From Octopus sinensis (taxonomy: Eukaryota): 64,000 bases of DNA. The notes beneath the pieces were generated by a model. The model was given only the letters and a program-made list of their open reading frames with translations, searched no databases and had not been told where the DNA came from. Of this stretch, positions 37,244 to 49,348 are shown piece by piece (position 1 is the first letter of the stretch; the number at the start of each line of letters is the position of its first letter). Position numbers and translations under genes: made by a program. The stretch lies in the NCBI RefSeq assembly GCF_006345805.1, contig NC_043014.1, forward strand, positions 42,904,001 through 42,968,000, read 5' to 3'.

Positions 37244-37861
37244 GGGTTTGAACGTTGAGTTTTCGGATCTTTTAAGTTTGTGGCCATATTCTAAAGAATA
37301 ACAATTGTCATTAAATTCTTGACAATCTTGGTAATTTAATTTTGATTATACTAAAATTTAGACTTTCTGCAAACAATCGTATTTAAAATGTAATTGGCAA
37401 AAAAAAAAAAGACTAAAAGTGACCCTTTAGTGTTCACATCACTCAGTCAGATGTATTTTGAATTAATCCTGCATTATCTCATAGTTTTGAGATTTTGATG
37501 AAGTGATTGTTTATATTTTATTGTGTGAATTTTCCAAGTCCTCTCCCCACTCCACCCCGCATTCATCAGTGCGCATTTTTTTCTTCATATTCGTTTACTA
37601 CACATTGTTTTACACCTATTACTCTATTTTTTCCTCAGTTTTTTTTTTTTGCCCGAGTTTGAAACTGGGGTTTAACCGAAATAATTATAATCGTATAAAA
37701 GAAACATATTCTTGTGTCTTGCAGATGACGACATCATGTAAAGAACTCTCTCATTAGCTGGAGGCAACGAAATGAATTACTTCCTATCATTAGGCACAAG
37801 ATCTGACATTTTAGGGGAACGAGGATTTTCAATTACATCAACCCCGGTGCACAACTGGTAC

Positions 37862-38087
37862 TTACTCTTTACTCCTTTACTCGTTTCAATTGAAGGAATG
37901 CATTTGACTGCGGCCATGCTGGAGCACCGCCTTTAGTCGAGCAAATCGACCCCAGGACTTATTCTTTGTAAGCCCAGTACTTATTCTATCGGTCTCTTTT
38001 GCCGAACCACTAAGTGACGGAGACGTAAACACACCAGCATCGGTTGTCAAGCAATGCTAGGGGGACAAACACAGACACACAAACACC

Positions 38088-38128
<41 letters not shown>

Positions 38129-38297
38129 TATATACGACAGGCTTCTTTCAGTTTCCGTCTACCAAATCCACTCACAAGGCATTGGTCGGCCCGGGGCTCT
38201 AGCAGAAGACACTTGCCAAGATACCATGCAGTGGGACTGAACCCAGAACCATGTGGTTGGTTAGCAAGCTACTTACAACACAGCCACTCCTGCTCCT
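37862..38297 (-). mobile_element. SINE-A nested in a decayed SINE-B
   Basis: SINE-B-like flanks at 37790-37861 and 38310-38432. Confidence 0.85.
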
Positions 38298-39024
38298 ATA
38301 TTTGTCTTATTTTTTATCAGCCCCCCAAAAGGATGACGACAAAGTCGACCTCAGTGTAATTTGAACCCAGATTGTAACGATGGACGAAATGCCTGACATG
38401 CTAACGATTCTGCCAGCTTGCTGTCTTAAGGCAACAATATAAATTAACAAGAAGCAGTTATTGTTAGCCCAGGGTTAATCCCCATCAAACAGACCTGTGA
38501 TCAAAAGGCATTCCAACTATGCCATCTTATCTTTTAATCAAAAAGCTGCATTTTGAACTGCATTAACCAATATATCCATTCTTTTTTCCCCAAAGTAACA
38601 GACTTTAGTATGCTGCTGCGTTGAGGAAGTGAGGCTGCGTTATTGGTTTTCTTTGAAGTGGAACTATGACAATGCACAAGAGATGCTCAATCAATAAAGT
38701 TTGTCTTTTCATGACATTTCGGTTTTGCATTTAGTTTGCAAGATTCTTGAAATGAATTTGTGCGCTGAAACAAATACTGTTGTGTCTTGGGAGGGTCATA
38801 ACACCAATAATAATAGCAACACACACACACTGGTTCAATACCACTTCTTCGTTGTTAGTCAATTGGTTAAATATCAAATCAACCAACTAATCAATCATTT
38901 GTTTAATGAGCTGGTTAAACAATCAATCAGTTGTTTGTTCATCAAAGTCCTTTCATTGCTATTTCCAACTTCGTCAATAACATGGACTCTCTCTTCAAGG
39001 TCTGCCTTGAGACTCACAGCAGTG

Positions 39025-39446
39025 TACTCTTTACTCTTTTACTCTTTTACTTGTTTCAGTCATTTGACTGTGGCCATGCTGGAGCACCGCCTTTTAGTTG
39101 AGCAAATCGACCCCGGGACTTATTCTTTGTAAGCCCAGTACTTATTCTATCGGTCTCTTTTGCCGAACCGCTAAGTGACGGGGACGTAAACACACCAGCA
39201 TCGGTTGTCAAGCAATGCTAGGGGGACAAACACAGACACACAAACACACACACATACACATATATATATATATATATAGATACGACGGGCTTCTTTCAGT
39301 TTCTGTCTACCAAATCCACTCACAAGGCATTGGTCGGCCCGGGGCTATAGCAGAAGACACTTGCCCAAGATGCCACGCAGTGGGACTGAACCCGGAACCA
39401 TGTGGTTGGTTAGCAAGCTACTTACCACACAGCCACTCCTGTGCCT
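39025..39446 (-). mobile_element. SINE-A, full length
   Basis: Reverse-complement match. Confidence 0.92.
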
Positions 39447-39832
39447 ATGTAGTGTGTTATATGTAGTGTAGTGTGTTATATTTCCTAAAATTTCAGCTGG
39501 TGAAGAGGATTCTGTGGTTAAAAATTTCAACGAGTATGCTTTTTTCTTATTCTTTCTGTTTCCCTTCCTTGATTTCTATTTATTTTTTGCCATTTGTATT
39601 TCATTGTTTGTAGAATACTAAAAGAATGCTAATTTGGTTTTGGCATAAAATGAAGTGAATCAAGATATGATCTTACAGAGCTTTTGACTCTATACACCTG
39701 AAAAGACGTATTTACTACTTTTGCTGAGTGATCTTAATTCAAAGTTGTTTATAACATACATAACATTCAGCAATGAACAACTGGTAACGACACATTGAAA
39801 CAATTGTTGTGATGAAGTGATATAGTGATATA

Positions 39833-40045
39833 GTAATAACACATCTGGTAGTACTTGTGCAAATGAGTTGGTGAGGAGTTCCTTCAAATTACTTAGGTCT
39901 TTTATCTTTCCGCAATACACCATGCCTTTCAAATGCCCCCAAAGATAGAAATCAAGAGGGGCCAGATCAGGGGATTTAGGAGATTTTATAAATTGTCTCT
40001 TATAAAAAAAAAATTCTTATGTATGGAGACTTTTGAATCACCCTG
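39833..40045 (-). mobile_element. Non-autonomous Tc1/mariner-superfamily element, 3'-truncated
   Basis: ITR CAGGGTGATTCAAAAGTC; peptide PKSPDLAPLDFYLWGHLKGMVY. Confidence 0.75.
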
Positions 40046-40053
40046 TATATAAT

Positions 40054-40096
<43 letters not shown>

Positions 40097-40174
40097 ACCC
40101 TGTATATCATCATCATCATCATCGTTTATATATATATATATATATATAAACGATATGATGATGATGATGATATA

Positions 40175-40495
40175 CAGGGTGATTCAAAAGTCTACATACA
40201 TAAGAAATTTCTTTTTTTTTATAAGAGACAATTTATAAGATCCCCTAGACACCCAGATCTGGCCCCACTTGATTTCTATCTTTGGGGGTATTTGAAGGAA
40301 TGCATCACCAACTCAATTTGCATATGTATCACCAGATGTGCTTATTACGAGTTCACAATGAGTGGGGTAAACGTATTGCAATGAGTATTCAAAACAATGG
40401 TAACCATATAGAGCCTGCTGAATAAAAATAAAACTGTTTTTATAAACTGTTTCTTATAAAAAGATAAATTGTATGGTGACTTTTGAATCACCCTG
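40175..40495 (+). mobile_element. Non-autonomous Tc1/mariner-superfamily element (SPDLxPLDFxLWGxLK class)
   Basis: ITRs CAGGGTGATTCAAAAGTC..CATACA / TGTATG..GACTTTTGAATCACCCTG with TA flanks; peptide PRHPDLAPLDFYLWGYLK. Confidence 0.85.
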
Positions 40496-40527
40496 TATAC
40501 ATATGACGTGGTTGCAGCTCTTTTTTA

Positions 40528-40705
40528 AGGCGTAGGAATGGCTGTGTGGTAAATAGCTTGCTTACAAGCCACGTGGTTCTGGGTTCAGTCCCACTGCATG
40601 GCACCTTGGGCAAGTGTCTTCTACTATAGCCTCGGGCTGACCAAAGCCTTGTGAGTGGATTTGGTAGATGGAAACTGAAAGAAGCCTGTCGTATATATGT
40701 ATATG

Positions 40706-40751
<46 letters not shown>

Positions 40752-40958
40752 TGTGTTTGTCCTTCCAACATCGCTTGACAACTGATGTTAGTGTAATTAC
40801 GTCCCTGTAACTTAGCGGTTCGGCACAAGAGGCTGATAGAATAAGTACTAGGCTTACAAAGAATAAGTCCTGGGGTCAATTTTCTCAACTAAAGGCAGTG
40901 CTCTAACATGGCCACAGTCAAATGACTGAAACAAGTAAAAGAGTAAAAGAGTAAAGAG
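40528..40958 (+). mobile_element. SINE-A, full length
   Basis: Head to tail match. Confidence 0.9.
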
Positions 40959-41007
40959 TGTATATATATATATATATATCTTAATATATATTATATATAT
41001 ATACACA

Positions 41008-41050
<43 letters not shown>

Positions 41051-41135
41051 TGTGTGTGTGTGTGGTGTGTGTATATATATATATGCTTCCGTACAGTTTC
41101 CTTCAACTGAATTCACTTGCAAAACATTAGTCATC

Positions 41136-41336
41136 TGCAGCACGGACTTTGTCAGTGAACAGGTCGCGGATTTTAGCGACGAAAATATTTTGACAAATTA
41201 AACTTAAATGTTGGAGTGAATCGAACGGCTTTTTTGTGTTTCTTAAATGGCTTATAAACACCTTCCACGCTGCAATTGTTTTTGTTTCAGCACACGATCT
41301 CAGATCAATTACTTGCTATGCGAGTACATCTCCGTA
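41136..41336. mobile_element. Unclassified DNA-transposon end fragment
   Basis: Reverse-complement homologues at 57715-57860 and 57988-58055; ends TACATCTCCG-TA. Confidence 0.55.
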
Positions 41337-41370
<34 letters not shown>

Positions 41371-41382
41371 TTATATATACAT

Positions 41383-41458
<76 letters not shown>

Positions 41459-42558
41459 GCTTCCGTACAGTTTCCTTCTACCGAATTCACTTGCAAAACA
41501 TTAGTCACCTTGAGCTATAGTGAAACACATTCTTTCCCAAGGTGCCATGCGGCAGGACTGAATCCCAAACCACTTTACTATCGTAAAGCGAACTTCTTTA
41601 CGAAACAGCTTCAATATTTTACGTTTACGACTTCGCTATTGTGCATCAGCTACACTTCCAGTGTCAATTGCATTCATTTAAGTTACGTAATAAAAACAAG
41701 GGTACCGGGGGTACCGCAATCTATAAACATATTCTCTACCTTGCTTCAATAGCTACTTTCTGATATAAAGCTTTTAGTTCCATATAATCAATGCTATATA
41801 CCATATAGAATTTTCAAAAGCATTGGAAATAATCAAATCTAATGCCTTTTCTTGCAAATATATAAATAATGTCTTTTGGTTATTTTTTGAGTTTATTTTG
41901 GTTTCATGTAGAAATGTTCATGATAATTTGTAAATCGATATGAACTGGGAAAATTGGGATAATATTCCATGTTGCTTTTGGTTATAGCCACATGTTGTAC
42001 ATATTAAAATGTATGTAATTATACCTCTTATGATACATGGCAGCATGTAACACACATGGATACATGTTGTTATACATGTTAATACCTCTAAGGTGTTAAT
42101 ACATATTTTATATGTGATGATACACGTTATAAATATTTTACTACATGTTATACATGTTGATACATGTTATACATGTAGGTATCAAATTTTGACACAAGGT
42201 CAACACAAGTTTTTGAGGAAGGAAGTAAGTTGATTACATTGACCCTGGTACTTACTTTATCGACCCCAAAAGGATGAAAGGCAAAGTTGCCCACTGTGAA
42301 ATTTGAACCCAGAACATAAAAACAGATGAAATGCCACTGAGCATTTTTTCTTGGTGTCCTAATGATTCTGCCAGCTCACTGCCTTAAATGCATGTCATAC
42401 ATGTTAAAATATGTTATATGCATTAATACATGGTACACATGTGTTGTTTATACATGTTGTTATACATGCTATCATACATGTTATATATGTTACTCTACAT
42501 GTAGTTTATTGTCAGGTTGCCTGTGAGCTCTTCTCGTAGCAAGTAACCTTGTTCACAG

Positions 42559-42560
<2 letters not shown>

Positions 42561-42610
<50 letters not shown>

Positions 42611-43408
42611 TTCATCATCATCATCGTTTAATGTCTGCTTTCCATGCTGGCATGGGTTTGACGGTTTGACTGAGGACTGGTGAGCCAGAAGGCTGCACCA
42701 GGTTCCAATCTGATCTGGCAGAGTTTCTACAGCTGGATGCCCTTCCTAATGCCAACCACTCTGAGAATGCAGTGGGTGCTTTTACATGACACCGGTACGA
42801 GGGCCAGTCATGCAGTTCTGGTGTTTTTTACGTGCTACCTGCATGGGCGCCAGTCCGGCAGCACTGGCAACAACCACACTTGAATCTTGTTTTTCATGTG
42901 CCAGTAGGGCAACTCTGGCAATGATCACACTTGAATGGTGCTTTTCCCATGCTACCAGCACAGGAGCCAATCAATAGCCATGGCAATGATCATGCTTGGA
43001 TGAGCTTTTAACGTTCCACTGGCACGAGTGCTAATCAGGCGGTACTGCCGTTGGTGGCGAGATGGCAGAAACGTTAGCACACCGGGCGAAATGCTTAGCG
43101 GTATTTCGTCTGCGTTACGTTGTGAGTTCAAATTCCGCCGAGGTCGACTTTGCCTTTCATCCTTTTGGGGGTCGATAAATTAAGTACCAGTTACGCACTG
43201 GGGTCGATGTAATCGACTTAATACCTATGTCTGTCCTTGTTTGACCCCTCTGTGTTTAGCCCCTTGTGGGTAATAAAGAAATAGGTACTGCTATTGGCCA
43301 CATCAGAGATTTTGATTTGTTTTCATTTACCTCAATAGGTCTTCGCAAGTAAAGTTCATTGTCCAATGAATGAGGGGTACTCATTAGTGGGCTGGTTACA
43401 CCCCACGT
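42561..43408 (-). mobile_element. RTE 3' UTR with ~70-bp sub-repeats and (GAT)n tail
   Basis: 43330-43405 is the reverse complement of 20992-21062, immediately downstream of the RTE stop codon. Confidence 0.8.
43055..43283 (+). mobile_element. SINE-B, full length, nested in the RTE UTR
   Basis: TSD GGTACTGC(CG/TA)TTGG at 43041-43054 and 43284-43297. Confidence 0.9.
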
Positions 43409-43459
43409 TTGGATGAGCTTTTAATGTTCCATTGGCACGAGTACAAATATATATGTATA

Positions 43460-43760
43460 TGGAGGCGCAATGGCCCAGTGGTTAGGGCAGCGGACTCGCG
43501 GTCGTAGGATCGGGATTTCGATTCCCAGACCGGGCGTTGTGTGTGTTTATTGAGCGAAAACACCTAAAAGCTCCACGATGCTCCGGTAGGGGGGTGGGGA
43601 GATCCCTGCTGTACTCCTTCACCACTCTTTCTCCCATTCTTCCTTCTGTTGGCCTGCTCGCTTAGCCAGCGGGGTGGCGTCATTCGAAGGCTAGAACGCA
43701 TTGTGACCAGCGATGTGTAGCAACATCTGATGGTCTGGTCAGTCATGTGGTCACGTGATA
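43460..43760 (+). mobile_element. SINE-D, tail variant 3
   Basis: TGGAGGCGCAATGGCCCAGTGGTTAGGGCAGCGGACTCGCGG head; distinct tail ending GTCATGTGGTCACGTGAT. Confidence 0.8.
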
Positions 43761-44448
43761 TATGTATATATGATAGGCTTCTTTCAGTTTCCACCTACCA
43801 AATCCACTCAAAAGACTTTGATCAGCTTGAGACTATAGTAGAAGACATATGCCCATGGTACCACACAATGGGACTGAACCTGGAACCATGCGGTTGGAAA
43901 GCAAGCTTCTTACCACACAGCCATGCTGGCACCTATATATGTACTAATCTGAACCAAGTGCCAGAAATACGTAGAAATCTTCAGAAAGACCTTACACTAG
44001 TAATGTACAATGTTTATAAAGCTCTTAAAAAATTGTATTTTCATTAATAGGAGAAATATGAATGAAATGTGAAGGCATTACAATAATTAGAATTAAGTGC
44101 TCAAAACCACATTGGATCGCAGAAGCTTTTGCACTTAATATCCTGGTTTTAGGGTTCAGCTTGTTTTTAACATCTTCACATGCTAACCAGTCAGTCGAGC
44201 AACTGCATGTCAGACATTGTCTATAGCATTAAGCCATTGCTTGAAGGTTCTGTGGCTTTTCAATGTACTACGAGTTCTTCTATTGCAAACATCATTGAAT
44301 TCGTGGATTCGACTTCTGCTTCGTCAATTCGTTTCTCCTGCCACGATCATGGCTGAGGTTGTCTTTGTTGTGGTTATTGCTGTTGTTGTTGCTGTTGTTG
44401 TTGTTGTTGTCTTCTTATGTATAAGTCAGATGTTGTGTTATACAGAAC

Positions 44449-44490
<42 letters not shown>

Positions 44491-44760
44491 TGTATATGTA
44501 TGTATCTATATGTATGTGTATGTGTGTTTATATATATACATGTATATATATGTATGTATGTAGATATATATATATATATTATATAGAGAGAGAGAGAGAG
44601 AGATAGATATATATATATATGTGTTTATATAAGTATATATATATGTAATCGCTCTCTCGCTCTCTCTCTCTCTTTATCTCTTTATATATATGTATATGTA
44701 TGTATATACATACATATATATATATGTATATATATACATGTGTATTTATGTGTATATCTA

Positions 44761-44805
<45 letters not shown>

Positions 44806-44866
44806 ATATGTATGTATATATATGTGTACATATATATATATATGTATGTATATATATATATATATC

Positions 44867-44897
<31 letters not shown>

Positions 44898-44953
44898 GTG
44901 TTTGAGTATGTGCGTATACATACACACACACACACACGCATGCACATATACAC

Positions 44954-44984
<31 letters not shown>

Positions 44985-44985
44985 C
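44449..44985. repeat. (TA)n-rich microsatellite
   Basis: Directly visible. Confidence 0.95.
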
Positions 44986-45119
44986 GCAGCTCAATATAGA
45001 AGTTCATATCTGAAATTTGTTCTTACCAAGTTAGAGAGGAACACAATTGAATTACTTTCCTTCAGAATTGTCTGTTACTGGGAAAAAAATTAAAGAACAA
45101 AAATTGTAGGTACAACATC

Positions 45120-45214
45120 TCTTCCACCTCCCCCTGCCTCCCAATCATTCTCTCTTTTTTCCCCTCTCTCTCTCCTTTACCTTTATTCTTTCTCCTCTTT
45201 CCAATTCTTGCCTA

Positions 45215-45254
<40 letters not shown>

Positions 45255-45315
45255 GTCTTATTTCATGAGTCTTTCTGCTTCTTACATAATCTCTATTTTT
45301 CACCCCCTTGTCTCC

Positions 45316-45350
<35 letters not shown>

Positions 45351-45871
45351 TCCTTCTTTCCTTCTTTTTTCCTTTCTTTTTTCTTTCTTTCTTTCTTTCC
45401 TTCTTTTTTCCTTTCTTTCTTTCTTTCTTTCTTTCTTTCTCTCCTCTCTCTCTCTCTCTCTCTCTTGCTATTCTTCTTGCACCCACAACACACATACGCA
45501 CATATACACAGACACATGCATGCACATACATGCCTATACACACACATGCATGCACACAAGCTTTTCTTTGATACTTGCACATACTCTCTCTCTTTCTTTC
45601 TCTCTCTCTCTCTCTCTCTCTCCTTCAATTTTTCGGTTTCTCTCTCTGCTTCTTTCACACACATACACACACACACTCTCTCTCTCCCTATCTCTCTCTC
45701 TCACACACACACACACACACTCTTTTATTACACAATTTTACTTCGTGCACTCTCTCTCTCACTCTCTCTCTTTCTCTCTCACTCTCTCTTTCTCTTTCAC
45801 TCTCTCTCTTTCTCTCTTTCTCTCTCTCCCCTTTCAGTATTTTTCTCTCTCTCTCTCTTTCTCTCTCTCAT

Positions 45872-45902
<31 letters not shown>

Positions 45903-46200
45903 GACACACGCTCTTTTATTACATCTTTTTGCTTCTTTCACCCTCTCACTTTCTCTCTCTCCCCTTCTTCCCCCTTCAGTCTTTCTCTCTCTCTGCTTCT
46001 TCCCCCCCCCACACACACAACACATGAACACACAGACTCTCTTTCCCTCCTTTTTCTTTTTTTGCTTTTTGCACTCTCTCACTCCATCCCACTCTCTCCC
46101 ACTCTCTCGCTCTCCGTCGCTCACTCTCCCTCATTCCCTTTCCCACTCTCTCGCTCTCCCTCGTTCGCTCTCCCTCTCTCTCACCCTCCCTCTCTCCATC
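45120..46200. repeat. ~1.1-kb polypyrimidine (CT/CTTT/CA) tract
   Basis: Directly visible. Confidence 0.9.
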
Positions 46201-46652
46201 AACATTTCATCTCCAGTCTCATGAGAGTCGTTTCCGTTCCTTTCCTCCGCAATTTTCGATGATGCTCAGTGCATTGAGAAATCTATTTTGTGATACGAGT
46301 GTGATGGAATTAAAGCAACAGAATGGTGTCGTCGGATGCCATCTGATGTCAAATCTAATAAAGTGACAGTAAGTGTAGGAGCTTCAGGAACACAAGAGTC
46401 AGAACTGGAATGTCAGCAGGTCTAATTTCCTTAATATTAATTTAATCTTGCAACTATTTAATTAAATCATTTAAGTACTTTCATATACACACTTTAGAAT
46501 ATGTCTGCTGTGAGTGTATGTGTGTGTGAGTGTGTGAGTGTGTGAGTGTGTGTGCGAGTGTGTGAGTGAGCGTGTACGCGAGTGAGTGAGTGAGTGTGTA
46601 TGTGAGTGAGTGGGTGCGGAGGTGTCTGAAGATTGGTTGAGTATATATTTGA

Positions 46653-46692
<40 letters not shown>

Positions 46693-46793
46693 CATTAAAT
46701 GTAAAAAACACATATATAGGACTAACGCATAAATGTGCATATGTATATATATATATAATATATTATCTATATATATATATACACACATATATT

Positions 46794-46824
<31 letters not shown>

Positions 46825-46968
46825 CACCACATATATATATATATATATATATAGCACATATTCATATGAACATATACATATGTACTTGTCGGTATATATA
46901 CATACATATATATATATATATGTATGTATGTATGCATACATCATATACATGCATATATTTAGATGGGT

Positions 46969-47003
46969 AATGATAGGAAGAGCCGACATCAAAGGATCAA
47001 AAA
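46969..47003 (-). pseudogene. 35-nt 28S rRNA fragment (peptidyl-transferase-centre region)
   Basis: Reverse complement TTTTTGATCCTTTGATGTCGGCTCTTCCTATCATT versus eukaryotic LSU rRNA TTTTTGATCCTTCGATGTCGGCTCTTCCTATCATT (one mismatch, reference from memory). Confidence 0.85.
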
Positions 47004-47007
47004 CATG

Positions 47008-47056
<49 letters not shown>

Positions 47057-47240
47057 TGTGTGTGTGTGTGTGTGTGTGCATCTATCTATCTGTCAATTTG
47101 TCTGTCTGTCTGTCTCTGTCTCAGTTTCAGCCTCTCTCCATTCCCCTCACTCTCACTTTATATGTCTACATTTATGGTGCCATGATTGACCACTAGCTCC
47201 AAAAGACTTTTTATTCTCTCTCTGTTTATTTCCTCGTGTT

Positions 47241-47278
47241 CCTTCCTGTTGAAGAGCACAGGCTCGAAACGTAAAAGA
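47241..47278 (+). ncRNA. Hammerhead-like motif with A6U variant, in a Penelope-type remnant (about 47205-47365)
   Basis: CCTTC-CTGTTGA-A-GAGC-acag-GCTC-GAAAC-GTA-AAAGA. Confidence 0.5.
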
Positions 47279-48177
47279 TTTTCTCACCTTCCTGAGTGTT
47301 AAACTAATACACCTGTTTGTTGTTTATACACCTGTCTTCATCTTTTGTTTTTCTGTAAATATCAGCTATCATAATCATCATTATCATCATCATCATAATC
47401 GTTTTAACATCCGCTTTCCATGCTGGCATGGGTTGGACGGTTTGACTGAGGACGTGCAAGGAGCCCTTTTTTTACCCATCCATTATAAAACTACACATAC
47501 ATGCATACATAGTGAATATAAGGGGGACATAATCCAAGCTGTGTCCTCGAGAAACACATCTGTTGAATCTTTGTCTGAAGAATTATGGAGAGTAGGTTCT
47601 GTATATAACTCTTTAAGAAGTTTCTTCTTGAAAGTTGCAGTCATGCTGGAGAATGAAACACACATAACATGGAATTGGAAATATACCAAATTTTTCCCCA
47701 TCTTCTTGTTTGATGCATGCATATATATTATATATATATAATATATATATATATATATAATAATTATATATATATATAATATATACACATACATATAGAT
47801 ATATATAACATACATACATATATACATACATACATAGCAGAAACAAAAGAGACGGTAAATGGAATATATGGCAAACTTTATTGATCATAATGACCATTTC
47901 GATGCATCCTGCATCGCTCCCTTGTGAGTGGGGAACTATACAATTAATTTCGATGCATCCCATGGTGCAGAATCATCTCATCAGGTGATGTAATGATGTG
48001 TCTCATTACATAAGTAATGTTTCGTCCATTCAGATAGACTAAAGCATGTTTTATATATATATATATATAAATATATATATATTATATTATATATATATAT
48101 ATATATTATATATATATATGTATATATATGTTATATATATATATACATATATGTATGTGTGTATATATATATATATG

Positions 48178-48223
<46 letters not shown>

Positions 48224-48272
48224 TAGCTAGATAGATCGAAAATAGATAGATAGATAGATAGATAAATAGATG

Positions 48273-48321
<49 letters not shown>

Positions 48322-48376
48322 GTAGATAAATAGATAGATAGATATATATAGATAGATATATATAGATAGATAGATA

Positions 48377-49269
48377 TGTTTCTTTATTAGCCACACAGGG
48401 CTGCACACAGATAGAACAATTACAAAGTAGAGCTTTTCTTTTGGGGGTGGGTAAAAAAAAAAGGAGAGTGGTGGTTTTCGATCAAAAGGGATCGTAAAAG
48501 AAGAAAGAAAAAGGACAAAAAAAAAAGGGGGAGGGGTTAAAAAAGGGCGGGGGAGAGAAAAAAAAGAATAATAGGGATCGTTATCACAGAAATGTCAATA
48601 TGAAGTGTAAAGGGGAGGACAGGTGAGGTTTACCCGTGGAAAGAAAAGCCTACGAATAGACCCGGTAACCTCGGTCAATGAAGTCACATGTTATATTTCT
48701 TTTTTTTTTTTTTGCAAATAAGCAACTCTCTGTATTAATTTTTATGGTTCATAGAATCATAGTCAAGGTGGCTTCGTCATTCATACGTGCCATCCTTGCT
48801 ACATTCACCCATCTTTTTTTAAAAACATTCACTAGACAAAACTTGCCTCTCTACTCTCACTTTCCTCTTCAAGTGATACTTGAAGAAGTTGATGAGAGAT
48901 TGACCAGAGAGGAAAGTGTTTGTCTCTAATCCTTTCAGGCGCGTCCACCAGATACATTCTTTCGCCATAGCCACAAGTATGATAAAAATAGCTCTTCCTT
49001 CCCGTTTGAAAGAAGGAGGCGTGACGATATTAACGATAGACTCGGCTGATAAACCGACACGTCCCACACGTGACAGCAGTTGTTCGACATAAGCCCACAG
49101 GTCGGAAATTGCTGGACACTGCACGATTGCGTGCAGAGTGGCTTCGTCACTCTGCCCGCATCTCGGGCAGGTCGGCCTCGTCTTTCTCGAGCCATGCCTA
49201 TAGAGCTTATCCCGAACAGGTAGCGCTTCTCGGTAGCACCGCCAGGCCAGGGATCTCTGGAAGTTGTCC

Positions 49270-49271
<2 letters not shown>
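48377..49271 (-). mobile_element. Tx1-clade (L1 group) LINE, 5'-truncated: ORF2 C-terminal zinc-binding domain plus 3' UTR
   Basis: AWRCYREALPVRDKL...CPRCGQSDEATLHAIVQCP...AKECIW..R and, after a 1-bp frameshift, FKKRW; AATAAA at the 3' end; (GATA)n on both sides. Confidence 0.9.

Positions 49272-49348
<77 letters not shown>

Noticed and set aside
45208-46262. 338-aa and 265-aa Ser/Leu-rich ORFs
   Set aside because: (CT)n low-complexity sequence
46255-46368. In-frame TGA suggesting a selenoprotein exon
   Set aside because: No upstream acceptor or start in that frame and no SECIS evidence
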